A stretch of DNA of 64,000 nucleotides from positions 1 through 64,000 of IMG/VR virus record IMGVR_UViG_2974613666_000001. One strand, given 5' to 3'. This document shows positions 9,956 through 19,681 of the stretch, in pieces. Position numbers and translations under genes: made by a program. The first letter of the stretch is position 1, and each line of letters starts with the position of its first letter. Origin of the DNA: a virus. Lineage: Duplodnaviria > Caudoviricetes. Under the pieces are notes generated by a model. The model ran no database searches. It saw nothing but the letters and a program-made list of their open reading frames with translations, and was not told the DNA's origin.

Positions 9956-11368
9956 ATGGTACTATCTGAAGCTTTACGCAGAGAAATAGCATCAGCCGAG
10001 CAAGATCCGAAATATATTTTATTCGACGGTGTACCGCAAACACCTGATGATACCCTGCGGTTTTTACTTGGTGGTGACTTTGATAAGTATGATTTAATCC
10101 TCAAAGACTCCAAAGCTAAAGCACTTCTAGAAGTCAGGGACAGAAACGTAAGTTGCCGTGAGTGGTATGTTGATCCAGCATCACAGTCACGCAAGGATAG
10201 AAAAGCTGCTGACGTTGTAAAAAATATTCTGCTAGGCTTTGACTTCGATCAAATGTGCAGTGACTTGAACTCCAACTCACTGTTGAAGGGTAATGCTTTC
10301 ATAGAGTTGAAGTGGGGTATAGATGGGCAAACCACATATATAGAAGATGCGATCGCCAAGCCTAACCACAGATTTAGGTTTGTGTTGCATAAAGGTGATG
10401 GTAATAAAGGCGCAAACGGCGAACCTATTGGGATTTTTAAAGGGTATCAGGTAAGGGTTCTATCACAGGGTAACTTTTATTTAGGTGCTGAAGTGCCTGA
10501 TAAAAGGATATTATGTCACGCTTACGAAAGACGATCTGATAATCCTTGGGGTATTGGCTTGGGGCGTGTTCTTTACTGGATGGCTGTAATCTTCAAAAAA
10601 GAACTGTGGAAACAGCGCATGATTTTCCTAGACAAACACGCACAGCCCACAGCACTTGGTAAAGCCCCACAGTCTGAAACTCAGGTTACTGATGTAGCAC
10701 AACGTAATGAGTTTCGTGAAGCAATGGAACGTATTCTTGCTGGTAAGTCAGGAGTGTTACCCCCTGGTTGGGAGCTAGACTTTTTACAGCCCTCTAGTTT
10801 AGGGTCTGATCTATTCCAAAGTGCGATCGACGCTATCAACGAAGAGATGTCGATGCTTGTGTTGGGTGAAACTTTATCAATGAGTTTACCCGGTGGTGGT
10901 AGCCGTGCTGCTGCTCAAACTCATGCTGAAGGTAGTAGGGTTTATCTTGCTAAGTATGACTCAGATAGACTATCAACAGGGGCTTTGAGGGAATTAGCTA
11001 AATGGATTACTGAGCTAAATGTTGAGGGTGCAACTCCTCCACAAATCTGGCGCAAGTTCCCTGAGTTTGATGAAACCGAAGACCCAGCAAATCGCATTAG
11101 CAGAGATAGCCAGCTTAACTCCTTGGGCTACAAAATATCACCTGAAAAAGTACAGGAAGTTTATGGAGATGGTTACATCGATTTGGAAGAAGCTAAAGCA
11201 CAGCAGGAAGCTGAAAACCCACCTGCCCCCAATGCTTTCAATATCGGATTTAGCGAGATTGATCCTGTTAACCACGAGTATCTGACTGCAAAAGCTATGG
11301 CATTTCAGCGTAGCATGAGTAAAAAGCTTATTTTACCCAATAAACGTTTACTGGTTCCATCTAGGTAG
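9956..11368 (+). CDS. Portal protein, Mu gp29/DUF935 family
   Basis: DNPWGIGLGRVLYW, FLDKHAQP, INEEMSMLVLGETLS, GSRAAAQTH motifs. Confidence 0.9.
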   Translation: MVLSEALRREIASAEQDPKYILFDGVPQTPDDTLRFLLGGDFDKYDLILKDSKAKALLEVRDRNVSCREWYVDPASQSRKDRKAADVVKNILLGFDFDQMCSDLNSNSLLKGNAFIELKWGIDGQTTYIEDAIAKPNHRFRFVLHKGDGNKGANGEPIGIFKGYQVRVLSQGNFYLGAEVPDKRILCHAYERRSDNPWGIGLGRVLYWMAVIFKKELWKQRMIFLDKHAQPTALGKAPQSETQVTDVAQRNEFREAMERILAGKSGVLPPGWELDFLQPSSLGSDLFQSAIDAINEEMSMLVLGETLSMSLPGGGSRAAAQTHAEGSRVYLAKYDSDRLSTGALRELAKWITELNVEGATPPQIWRKFPEFDETEDPANRISRDSQLNSLGYKISPEKVQEVYGDGYIDLEEAKAQQEAENPPAPNAFNIGFSEIDPVNHEYLTAKAMAFQRSMSKKLILPNKRLLVPSR

Positions 11369-11744
11369 CCGTTTTGGTTTAAATAACAAAAAGATCCATG
11401 AGTTTTTAGGAGGAGTAAAAGATAAAGAAGGTAGAGCATCATTAGCAGCAGAAGAGGCAATAGTAAATGTAGTCGAACACTTATCTAGAGGAGATAGTTT
11501 TGAAGCAAGCATAACTAATGGTATGCAATTAGCTAGAGTTATAGCTAGGGCTGGTGCGGATGCGGAAGGGGCTGAATACTTGAGATCAGATGAGTTTAAA
11601 TCTAAGTTAGAGGATTTAACTAGAAAAATCTTTACCAATGATAATTACAATGAGTATATGAAGTTGGTTAGAGACGCTAATAAAGTATCTGGGACAGTAA
11701 GAAGTTCTGGGAATGACTTTACAAATACAGCAAGTGGCGGTTAA
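11361..11744 (+). pseudogene. Headless (orphan) effector C-terminal cassette
   Basis: Frame open from 11319 with no start upstream of the homologous region; RFGLNNKKI..VKDKEG..EEAIV aligns with the C-terminal domain of 19682..21298. Confidence 0.6.
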
Positions 11745-11748
11745 TTAA

Positions 11749-11949
11749 ATGAATGAGTACGTAAAAAAGTTTTTAGAAGAGTGCCATGCTGATGGAGAAC
11801 CATTAAGTAAAATACCTTTTTTATTGCAGGGTTTTGTGAAAGCTCTAGCAGCAATTCAGGATAGTGGTGAACTATATCGTAATTCTCAAGATCCAGAATG
11901 GTTACAAGAACAGATAAAGGAATCTGGGTTGAAATTCAAAGACAAGTAA
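11749..11949 (+). CDS. Small partner (putative immunity) protein, paralog of 21339..21536
   Basis: EYVKKFLEE...DG..L...FL...F....A....SGEL aligns with EYIKAIRED...NG..I...FI...F....A....SKEL. Confidence 0.65.
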   Translation: MNEYVKKFLEECHADGEPLSKIPFLLQGFVKALAAIQDSGELYRNSQDPEWLQEQIKESGLKFKDK

Positions 11950-12004
11950 TATACAACCACATAACCAACAGGTTATACTTGAGACATATCACAAAAAGCC
12001 ATAT

Positions 12005-13498
12005 ATGCCTCATCCTACACAAACACTTATTACCGACAACCTAGACTTCCGCAGGTCGATCGCCTCTGCATTCGATCCATCAACCGATTACTCAGAAGTA
12101 CCACAGGCTGAGATTGATGGAACGTTTGAGGCGATCGTCTTTCAATTGCTATCTCATTATCAGACTTCCCAAGCATCCCCTGAGTTTACAGAATCTAAAA
12201 CAAACCAATTACCTGAAACAGGTGATACAGTTACTTGGAAATGGGGTAAAGGTCGGGGTGTAGGAACTGTTACCAAAGTCTACACTGAACCCACGACTAT
12301 TACTATTGAGAAATCTAAAATAACTCGCAATGGTACAGAAGAAAACCCAGCTTTACTGATTGCACAGGATAACGGATCAAAAGTTTTGAAACTTGCATCT
12401 GAAGTTACTGTTACAAGAGATGCTGATCCTTCGGACACAGCGATCGCATTTAGCTTTGATTTTGATGGTAGATATGACGATATTGATCTGACCCCTACCA
12501 AGGGAATGGTGCAAGCAGCTAAGAAAGCACTTGATTATATAAACGAAGGGTATGGTGGTGATGGTTTAGAGGACTCAACTATACGATGGGTACGGAAAGT
12601 TGCCAAAGGTGAGCCATTATCGATTGAGAAAGCCAAGAAAGGGTACAAGTTTTTTCAACGTCATAATTATTTCAAGCAGAACAAAAATAAAGGAGATACA
12701 AACCCTAATTCACCTGCGCCTTGGTACGTAGCAAGAATGGCTTGGTTTGGTGACGATGGGGAAAGATTCTTTAACCGTGTTTGGCGACAGATTAAAGCTG
12801 CTGATTCTGAGTTTAACGAACCAACTCCTTACGGTAATGCTCCTGAATTTGGAGAATTTGAACCAGAATTTGGCTGTGTAATTCATAAAGTAATCCCCTG
12901 GAATGGTTTAAAGTTAGGTGTAGAATATCGCCCCGGTGACATCAGATTTAAAGGAAGTAAGCACGAGCGCAAACTTAAATCTGGTTACGGACACATCAGA
13001 GGTTACAAAGGCAATGACAAGGAAGCGCTAGACTGCTATCTTGCACCAGGATTTTTTGATGGTTCACTAATAACCAAAAATATGTTTCTGGTTGAACAGT
13101 TAAAAGCCGATACAGGTGAGTTTGATGAGGAGAAGATTCTAATAGGCTATAACGATATTGATCACGCCAAAGAATGCTATCTTACAGAGATGTCACCTCA
13201 ACACTTTGGTAGCATTAAGCTAATTAGTTTAGTTGAAATAGATAAATACCACAAACGTCACTGCAATAAAAACTTAGAGAAACTAATTAAGAGTTTGAGC
13301 GATCGCTTGTCGCAGTTAGAATTTGAGCAACGATCGTTTGAAGAAGTACCTAAGTCACGGCGTAAAGCCAGAAAAGTCAATATTGCTGAAGATTTAGATG
13401 TAGATAACAGTGATGAGGCTGTATTTGAAGCAGCCAAGAAAATGTTTGAAGCCGCTAGAGAAGCAGAAGAACTACAAGGTGAGGTAGGTAATGTTTGA
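12005..13498 (+). CDS. Polyvalent head-associated protein: DUF2945 Tudor-like, helical head-morphogenesis-associated domain, inorganic-pyrophosphatase-like domain
   Basis: GDTVTWKWG..G.V..VY...ITRNG.EENPA; PTKGM...FFQRH...VARMAWFGDDG; YGHIRGYKGNDKEALDCY...EFDEEKILIGY. Confidence 0.75.
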   Translation: MPHPTQTLITDNLDFRRSIASAFDPSTDYSEVPQAEIDGTFEAIVFQLLSHYQTSQASPEFTESKTNQLPETGDTVTWKWGKGRGVGTVTKVYTEPTTITIEKSKITRNGTEENPALLIAQDNGSKVLKLASEVTVTRDADPSDTAIAFSFDFDGRYDDIDLTPTKGMVQAAKKALDYINEGYGGDGLEDSTIRWVRKVAKGEPLSIEKAKKGYKFFQRHNYFKQNKNKGDTNPNSPAPWYVARMAWFGDDGERFFNRVWRQIKAADSEFNEPTPYGNAPEFGEFEPEFGCVIHKVIPWNGLKLGVEYRPGDIRFKGSKHERKLKSGYGHIRGYKGNDKEALDCYLAPGFFDGSLITKNMFLVEQLKADTGEFDEEKILIGYNDIDHAKECYLTEMSPQHFGSIKLISLVEIDKYHKRHCNKNLEKLIKSLSDRLSQLEFEQRSFEEVPKSRRKARKVNIAEDLDVDNSDEAVFEAAKKMFEAAREAEELQGEVGNV

Positions 13499-13658
13499 GC
13501 TATTTAGTAATTTACGTGGTTATATTCAAGAGTCAAGAGGTGATGAGGCTGCTGAACTAATCTCACCTGTGAGTAAACTTAGCCAACTCAAACCGAGTGG
13601 TTGCGGTTGTCACACCTGTAAACAATCAAAAGGGAAATCTCTAAAGTGTCATTGCTAA
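13491..13658 (+). CDS. 55-aa stand-alone LFxNL leader protein with Cys/His-rich tail
   Basis: MFELFSNLRGYIQESRGDEAAELISPVSKLSQLKPSGCGCHTCKQSKGKSLKCHC; GAGGT RBS; overlaps both neighbours. Confidence 0.7.
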   Translation: MFELFSNLRGYIQESRGDEAAELISPVSKLSQLKPSGCGCHTCKQSKGKSLKCHC

Positions 13659-15523
13659 CATTATTTACCAACCTAGAACATAAAATACAGGGTGATACTT
13701 TAGATTTTCATGAATATCCCCTTGAGTTTCAAGAATTACTAGACAGCTTCACTATTCTGAACTTTCAAGAAACTGGCTTAATCCTGAAGGATTTAATTGA
13801 ATCAGTCTACACTACAGGTATTCACAGCCTGGATGATGTGGATGAGAAAGATGGTGTGATTACAGGTGTATTTCAAGATAAATCAGATTCAAAAAAACCA
13901 CGTAAATTTAAATTCACTATTGATGAAAATAAGATAGTTTATAAAGAAATATTAGATCCTGAGTTTAGTGAGCTAGATGTAGAATTTAGTGATTTCTTAA
14001 ACGGCATTGTAGACTTCAAAGCCCCTAAAACACCCCCAGCAGCTAAAAAAGGGGAGAAAACGAAAGCGGATAAGTTAGGACGGGTTCAAGTTTGTGATCC
14101 CTCAAAATCCTTCGTATGCGGTGCTTCTTGCCAGAAAAACGGACGTAACTGCGCTTCTAAAGTGTCAACACCAGAGCAGAAACAGCAGTATCGGCAGGTT
14201 GTAGAGCGATCGCAGCAGATGAAGTCTGAGGACTTGGGGCAGTATCTGACTAGCAAAAAAACACCCAACAAGAAGGAGAAGGTTTTATATAAAAAAGAAC
14301 TAGAAGCTACGGACGAGACTCCCGCACCATCTGTAAAGGAAGTAACCACACCGAAACCTGAAAAAAGAGCTTCCAACTTGTCACAGTACATGACTACTAA
14401 AGGGAGCGTAGCAACATCTAAAACACGTTTAACTAAAAGTGATAGTAGCTTAGGTGCTACATTAAAAAAAGTCTTTGATAGATTTAAGGATAGGGTCGGT
14501 AAGGTCATAGACTCATCGGCTGCTAAAGTCGAACAAATGTTGTTTGGTGGTACTTCTGATAAACCTGAGAAGGAGAAGCCCAGTAGTCCCCCTAAAATCA
14601 ATAAACCTGCTGTACAGCCTGAAAAACCTAAAGAGTACCTTGAGATTAAGCCTAAGAACCCGCAGATAAAAGTTAACAGTAATGAGTTACAGGAAAAACG
14701 TGAGTCTTTAGTAGCTAAGTTTGGGGAAAAATTGGTAACTGATGCTGAAAACAATGTTTCAAAAATTATAAATGATAAGGACACTAATGTTTATATTCGT
14801 GTTGGCTCATCTGAGACGCTAGGTTTTATATTAGGCGATAGGTTTAAACCCGCTCATGAGTTAGGTGGTAGACCAGGGGGTGCTGATGATTATCTAGCTA
14901 AACGAGCAAGAGTAGAGGAAAAAACTTTAGGATATTCTAAGGACACAGAGCCGAGCGATCGCCCTATATACGGTTACTTGGGAGGGTCTGATTTAAAGGG
15001 GACTGCACACCAAGACGCTGGTAAGGCTTATGGGTCTATTTCCGTTAAGTTAAAGCCAGATATTAAAGATAGGGCAACGTTTACGGGTGCTGATTCATTT
15101 AAATCCGGTATTGCCTCTGAGATTAGGCCAGGGGAAACACCACCACCCCCAAGTGCCGCTTCTTTAGTACCATCTACGAGGGGTGGTAAAGATATAACTG
15201 AGGAAAAGCGTAGAAATGATAAGAAATACTTAGACCATGCGGCTAAGTCAGAAAATATTGATGATCTGGTTTCTGGTTTAGCCTCATCCGGTAACAGATA
15301 TATGGAAGCTCAGTTACATGGTAAAGTAGGCTTAACAGATATTGCAGAGCTACACTTCAATCCTGAAAGCGATCGTGACTCGCCTAACGAGAGTATATTT
15401 GATATTGCCGAGCAGCATAATATAAGTGTGTTTGTGAGCGGTGAGAAAGTCACTAGAGATTTTTTAAAGCGAGCAGCCCCAGAAACTACAGAACAACTAA
15501 AAGAAAATGAAAGTAATAAATAG
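13646..15523 (+). CDS. LFxNL-leader family protein with DUF3626-like C-terminal domain
   Basis: LLTLFTNL leader, shared domain, CDPSKSFVCGASC..C knuckle; RPIYGYL..YG..RATFTGADS..YMEAQLHG. Confidence 0.75.
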   Translation: MSLLTLFTNLEHKIQGDTLDFHEYPLEFQELLDSFTILNFQETGLILKDLIESVYTTGIHSLDDVDEKDGVITGVFQDKSDSKKPRKFKFTIDENKIVYKEILDPEFSELDVEFSDFLNGIVDFKAPKTPPAAKKGEKTKADKLGRVQVCDPSKSFVCGASCQKNGRNCASKVSTPEQKQQYRQVVERSQQMKSEDLGQYLTSKKTPNKKEKVLYKKELEATDETPAPSVKEVTTPKPEKRASNLSQYMTTKGSVATSKTRLTKSDSSLGATLKKVFDRFKDRVGKVIDSSAAKVEQMLFGGTSDKPEKEKPSSPPKINKPAVQPEKPKEYLEIKPKNPQIKVNSNELQEKRESLVAKFGEKLVTDAENNVSKIINDKDTNVYIRVGSSETLGFILGDRFKPAHELGGRPGGADDYLAKRARVEEKTLGYSKDTEPSDRPIYGYLGGSDLKGTAHQDAGKAYGSISVKLKPDIKDRATFTGADSFKSGIASEIRPGETPPPPSAASLVPSTRGGKDITEEKRRNDKKYLDHAAKSENIDDLVSGLASSGNRYMEAQLHGKVGLTDIAELHFNPESDRDSPNESIFDIAEQHNISVFVSGEKVTRDFLKRAAPETTEQLKENESNK

Positions 15524-15842
15524 TGACAGATTTGACGATGTGGAGTTTTTACCAGAAGGGGAATTTAAAATTATAGGTACAGCCGGAGGTGTGGATTTGT
15601 ACCTAGTTGGCAAAGATGAGGATGGTGAGGAAATAGTTGCTAAGGAACTTCCCAACTCAGAGTTATTTGCTATACCAATGTACGAACTCTTATCTCATTC
15701 TCAGGACAAAATCGTGCTGTATGATCAGCCATCTACAGCCACTGAAATGAGTGATGCGGATAGGGAATCTGCCAATGAATCAATAAGTAAATTACAGGAT
15801 GCTATAAAAAAGGCTACTAAGAAACCTAAGAAAGATAGTTGA
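15507..15842 (+). CDS. Small acidic partner (putative immunity) protein
   Basis: 111 aa, acidic, overlaps the stop of the upstream effector-like gene. Confidence 0.6.
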   Translation: MKVINSDRFDDVEFLPEGEFKIIGTAGGVDLYLVGKDEDGEEIVAKELPNSELFAIPMYELLSHSQDKIVLYDQPSTATEMSDADRESANESISKLQDAIKKATKKPKKDS

Positions 15843-15917
15843 AGCTTGACAAGAGCGATCGCCCCTGCGGATTTAAAACTGTAGGGGTTATACTTAAATA
15901 AATATCTATAATCTAAT

Positions 15918-16874
15918 ATGTATCTTTCAATACTGTTTCGTAACCTCCAAATATACAGACCTACCAGCACAGATTTAGACTTTTGTGAGTTTATCAAGCC
16001 ACTGGACGATTATTTTTACAGCTTCCTAGAATTTGTTGCACCTGCAGTAGTGGATAAAGACGGGGCAACTGCTGGTAGGTGGCGAGATGCAAATGGTAAG
16101 TTTATCACTATGCCCGACATCTTACAGGAGGATGTGCGTGGTGGTATCAAAAAAATGGTGCAAGATGGTAATAGAAACACTGCACGGAGATTGCTACAGG
16201 ATATCAGTAAGTCTAAATTACTCCAACTGACTGGTAAAGATGCCTATAAAGCTACTGTTGAGAAAATAAAGAGGAAGTATAGGGGTAAATCTTTTGAACT
16301 GGGCTTGATATCAGCTTTGCAGATTGAAAGTAGGGTAAAAAAAAAGGCTATTTCTGATAAGCTTATTGAATTACAAAAAATACTGAAGGAGACTAAGGAA
16401 GACCCTAAAGCCGAACCAGCTAACCAGATAAAGCTAAAGTTGGCAAACGTTGAGATTGAGACAGTTAAACTGAACAAGCTAGATATATTTGATAATTTAG
16501 ACAGAGACAGTAAAGACCTGAAAGTTGATGATAAGAGAGCTATTGAAGTTATTGACGAGTACAAGAAACAGGTTAAGAGGTACAATTCTATAGCTGAGAA
16601 ATTGAAAAACTCAGATAACATAAGCGCTTCAGAGTATGACGACTTATTTAATGAGCGTGAGAGTCTATGGAAAAGTATGGTGGGTAGCAAATCATCACCG
16701 GGGACAATAGGTAAAGCCAGAAAACTCAAGAATAAATTTCTGAGTGAACCAATTTTAGATGAGTTTATAGAAGCAATCGCTAGTGTTTCAAAGGAATCCC
16801 CTGGTGGTGTGAGGTTAGAGATCCCAAAAAATATGGATGCTATTAAAGCGAAGATAGCACCCGATCCTTGTTAA
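15918..16874 (+). CDS. LFxNL-leader family protein, short leader variant with RDANGKF motif
   Basis: LSILFRNL, DFCEF, GRWRDANGKF (RDxxG[RK]F motif of phage head-associated proteins), helical Lys-rich body. Confidence 0.65.
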   Translation: MYLSILFRNLQIYRPTSTDLDFCEFIKPLDDYFYSFLEFVAPAVVDKDGATAGRWRDANGKFITMPDILQEDVRGGIKKMVQDGNRNTARRLLQDISKSKLLQLTGKDAYKATVEKIKRKYRGKSFELGLISALQIESRVKKKAISDKLIELQKILKETKEDPKAEPANQIKLKLANVEIETVKLNKLDIFDNLDRDSKDLKVDDKRAIEVIDEYKKQVKRYNSIAEKLKNSDNISASEYDDLFNERESLWKSMVGSKSSPGTIGKARKLKNKFLSEPILDEFIEAIASVSKESPGGVRLEIPKNMDAIKAKIAPDPC

Positions 16875-16891
16875 TTATTTGGTTGCAGGTC

Positions 16892-17155
16892 TTAAGTGTA
16901 GGCTAGACTATACCTTTCAGAATTTAGCTGTAGCTTCTGGTAAAGCATCGAACGCACGTCTTCATCCATATCGTCAAGCTGATCTACACCTAGAGATACT
17001 GTTTCTAGTTCATCTAGATCGCCGTAAACAGGATAGTCAAATCTTAGTCCGCATTCACGCCCATCTATTGTACTGTAGTAGATCCTACCTTTGATCATTA
17101 AAGAGAGGATTATCTTTAATGCTTCCCCATCATGCCTTACCCAAAAATGACTCAT
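16892..17155 (-). CDS. Small partner (putative immunity) protein
   Basis: 87 aa, ATGA-coupled to the upstream HNH-like gene. Confidence 0.6.
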   Translation of the reverse strand: MSHFWVRHDGEALKIILSLMIKGRIYYSTIDGRECGLRFDYPVYGDLDELETVSLGVDQLDDMDEDVRSMLYQKLQLNSERYSLAYT

Positions 17156-19056
17156 ATAAGACTACCTTTCAACTTGTCCTGAAGCGTGATCATACTGTAC
17201 TGCATATTTGCTTTCCTGTTACTGTCTGCTAATTTGTTTAACTTATCAATCGCATCATCCCCATAAGCAGATTCTAAGTGTTCCACAGCTTGTCTTGCAT
17301 TATACTTGTGGATCTGTCCGTTCATGGTCGGGCGAGAATCACTGTAATCCTCACTCTCAGTGTAACCTTTATCCAGACTAAAGAAGCCGTTGGAATCTTC
17401 GTATAGTTTTAAAGCTTTGCTAATACCAATATCAGCTACAGCTTTAGCCTCTATGAGCTTTGCATTGTAGCTTTTTATCTCTGCTTCCAGATCACTAGAT
17501 TCTTTTATAAAGAGTAGTCCGTCCCCCTTCAGCAGCCTAATGGCATCTGCATTATCTATTAATGACTGTTTAAATTTTTGGGACTCCTTTTTTGCTAGTT
17601 TTTTGAGATCACCTTGCAAAGCATCCACGTCTATATCTCCAGTAGAAGTAATAGGGAAGAGAGTCACTATCTGACCAGAGCTAGACGTAATTCGTAATGC
17701 TTTGAGGTGATTAAGCACGTCCTTATTACCTAACCAACCATTATCACTATTAAATTTTATCTTATCTGTTATTTTTTCTGAATCTTCTATCTCACGTGAC
17801 CATCTTTCAACTTCTTGCTTGATACTAATCACCTTCTTATGCAGATTCAGTTTATCCTCTAGTTTATCCTTTTCTTTGATAAACTCTCCCCTCGCGTCCT
17901 TGGCATACTTGTATTTCAACTTCTCATCATCAGTTAACCCACTCTTCTGTATCATCCTGCCATTCTTATCGGGTTTCTGATAGTTTTTAACATCTGCATC
18001 TAAGACGCTTATCTGATTATTAAGCACCCCGATTTGATCAGTCAGATCCTTCTCATACTCCTTTGGTGTCTTTATCCTTTTCTCTAATTCAATGATCTCG
18101 GCTTCATACCTTGGAATGTCACGCTTTGCCTTTGCTACTAATTCAGGAACTTTATCAGCTATCTTTTGTCTCAGAAACTTATCATCTTCACCATCAAACC
18201 TGTAGTAATGTAAGTGTGTAGCAGCATCGTCTCCACTATGCGCCCCATCCATCAGTTCAATAAATTGAGTATTTGAGCCGTGTTTAGCTGAGTTCCAATA
18301 TTCGGGAATCACTTTCAGACCTAGCTTACTGGTGTTTCTGTCCCAAATTAACTGTATTGAGTTTGGCTTGACTCTACCATTCTCATCCACATACACATTA
18401 TTAAATATGTGATGATGCTCAATACCGTCTGATAGCGATTTTTTAACTTCTAACCCATCTATGTCAATGTAATCATTAGGGTTGCGGGTTAGCTGTTCTG
18501 ATGACATAGCCCTGGATATCGACCGTAAAATAAGATCCTCAGCTACTTTAGTCTCTCCCGTGTCAAGTAATTTTTTTACAGTAGGCGCTCCGAAAATAGA
18601 AGCAAGTCTTTGTTTTGGTTTACCTTCTGAATCCTTGGCGAATACAGTATCCTTGAAAACTAGCTGTTCACGACTTGTGTAAAGTGACTCCATGACTTTT
18701 ACCCTTTCCTCAGCCACAACCAGATCCGGATCTTTTAACAGATCTGCATCAGAATTTTTGAGCAAATCTTTAAGTTTGGTTAATCGTTCTGGTTTAAGTC
18801 CTGACTTGGCTAATTGACCAGCCTCAATCTCTAGGAGCGATCGCCTGACGTTACCATTTAAGTGATATTCCAGATCGTATATAGCCTTTTCGTGTTCAGC
18901 TAGTCGAAATGGATCGGCATCTGGGTTCTGCTTTAATTTTTCGTAGTCAGTGTTTATATCACTTAGACGTGTTCTAAGATTTTTAACTACTGATTGCTGT
19001 GCTGTTATGTGTTTCTTAGCTAATTCTGATAAATCCTGTGATTCTAAGCAAGCCAT
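17152..19056 (-). CDS. Coiled-coil protein with internal HNH/AHH-like nuclease motif
   Basis: GIEHHHIF...GSNTQFIEL..AH......HLH between coiled coils. Confidence 0.55.
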   Translation of the reverse strand: MACLESQDLSELAKKHITAQQSVVKNLRTRLSDINTDYEKLKQNPDADPFRLAEHEKAIYDLEYHLNGNVRRSLLEIEAGQLAKSGLKPERLTKLKDLLKNSDADLLKDPDLVVAEERVKVMESLYTSREQLVFKDTVFAKDSEGKPKQRLASIFGAPTVKKLLDTGETKVAEDLILRSISRAMSSEQLTRNPNDYIDIDGLEVKKSLSDGIEHHHIFNNVYVDENGRVKPNSIQLIWDRNTSKLGLKVIPEYWNSAKHGSNTQFIELMDGAHSGDDAATHLHYYRFDGEDDKFLRQKIADKVPELVAKAKRDIPRYEAEIIELEKRIKTPKEYEKDLTDQIGVLNNQISVLDADVKNYQKPDKNGRMIQKSGLTDDEKLKYKYAKDARGEFIKEKDKLEDKLNLHKKVISIKQEVERWSREIEDSEKITDKIKFNSDNGWLGNKDVLNHLKALRITSSSGQIVTLFPITSTGDIDVDALQGDLKKLAKKESQKFKQSLIDNADAIRLLKGDGLLFIKESSDLEAEIKSYNAKLIEAKAVADIGISKALKLYEDSNGFFSLDKGYTESEDYSDSRPTMNGQIHKYNARQAVEHLESAYGDDAIDKLNKLADSNRKANMQYSMITLQDKLKGSLI

Positions 19057-19157
19057 GATGTTTCACTATATATATATCAACTATATCTATAGTATCAGCA
19101 TTATATTAATACTCAGAATGTCATTATAATCACGTTTATAAATAGTTCTACGATTAG

Positions 19158-19254
19158 GTATAATTACGGTTGTTTTAAATTGATATTCTTGAGATAGTAG
19201 TTACATCGAGGGAAAGGAAACACCTCAAGAACATTCAAAATAAAGGTAAAACAA
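19158..19254 (+). promoter_or_regulatory. Repeated promoter/leader cassette, copy 1
   Basis: GTATAATTACnGTTGTTTT-N-ATAGTAGTT(A/G)CAT...AGGTAAAACAA-ATG shared with copies 2 and 3. Confidence 0.7.
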
Positions 19255-19551
19255 ATGTCTAACTCCACATTCACAGCAGCTTTCGTTACCAGTTCTGCAA
19301 TCGAGTTCATCGCATTTAATTCTAACACTGGTGTCCTTCGTGTTATGTTCACTTCAGGTGTAATGTATGATTACTCTGGCTGCACAATGTCCGACTTTGA
19401 AAACTTAGCTACTGCTGAATCAGTAGGACGTGAGTTCCAATGGATTAGAAACACTTGCAACTATCTAAGAGTAGAGGCTGCACAAGCAGCTAGGTTCCTA
19501 ACAGCATTAGCTAGAGCAAGAACATCTGGATTTATTTCAGTAGAAGCCTGA
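19255..19551 (+). CDS. KTSC domain protein
   Basis: VTSSAIEFIAFN....LRVMFTSGVMYDY.......F..L..AESVGREF. Confidence 0.85.
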   Translation: MSNSTFTAAFVTSSAIEFIAFNSNTGVLRVMFTSGVMYDYSGCTMSDFENLATAESVGREFQWIRNTCNYLRVEAAQAARFLTALARARTSGFISVEA

Positions 19552-19575
19552 TTACTAACAAATAAAATAACCCAA

Positions 19576-19609
19576 ACCGTAGGACTAATAATCAGTCCTA
19601 CGGTGTTTT
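19576..19609 (+). terminator. Intrinsic terminator
   Basis: accgtaggact-aataatc-agtcctacggt followed by gtttt. Confidence 0.7.
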
Positions 19610-19681
19610 AGTGGGCTAAGGCGTGTAAAGAAAAAAAATTAGATATACTTAAAACATATCTACTGTTTAAATGAGATAAAT

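Noticed and set aside
16860-19070. Invertible segment fusing 15918 (ends PDPC) to 17152 (starts MACL)
   Set aside because: No convincing flanking inverted repeats, no invertase, and the minus-strand gene has its own start region
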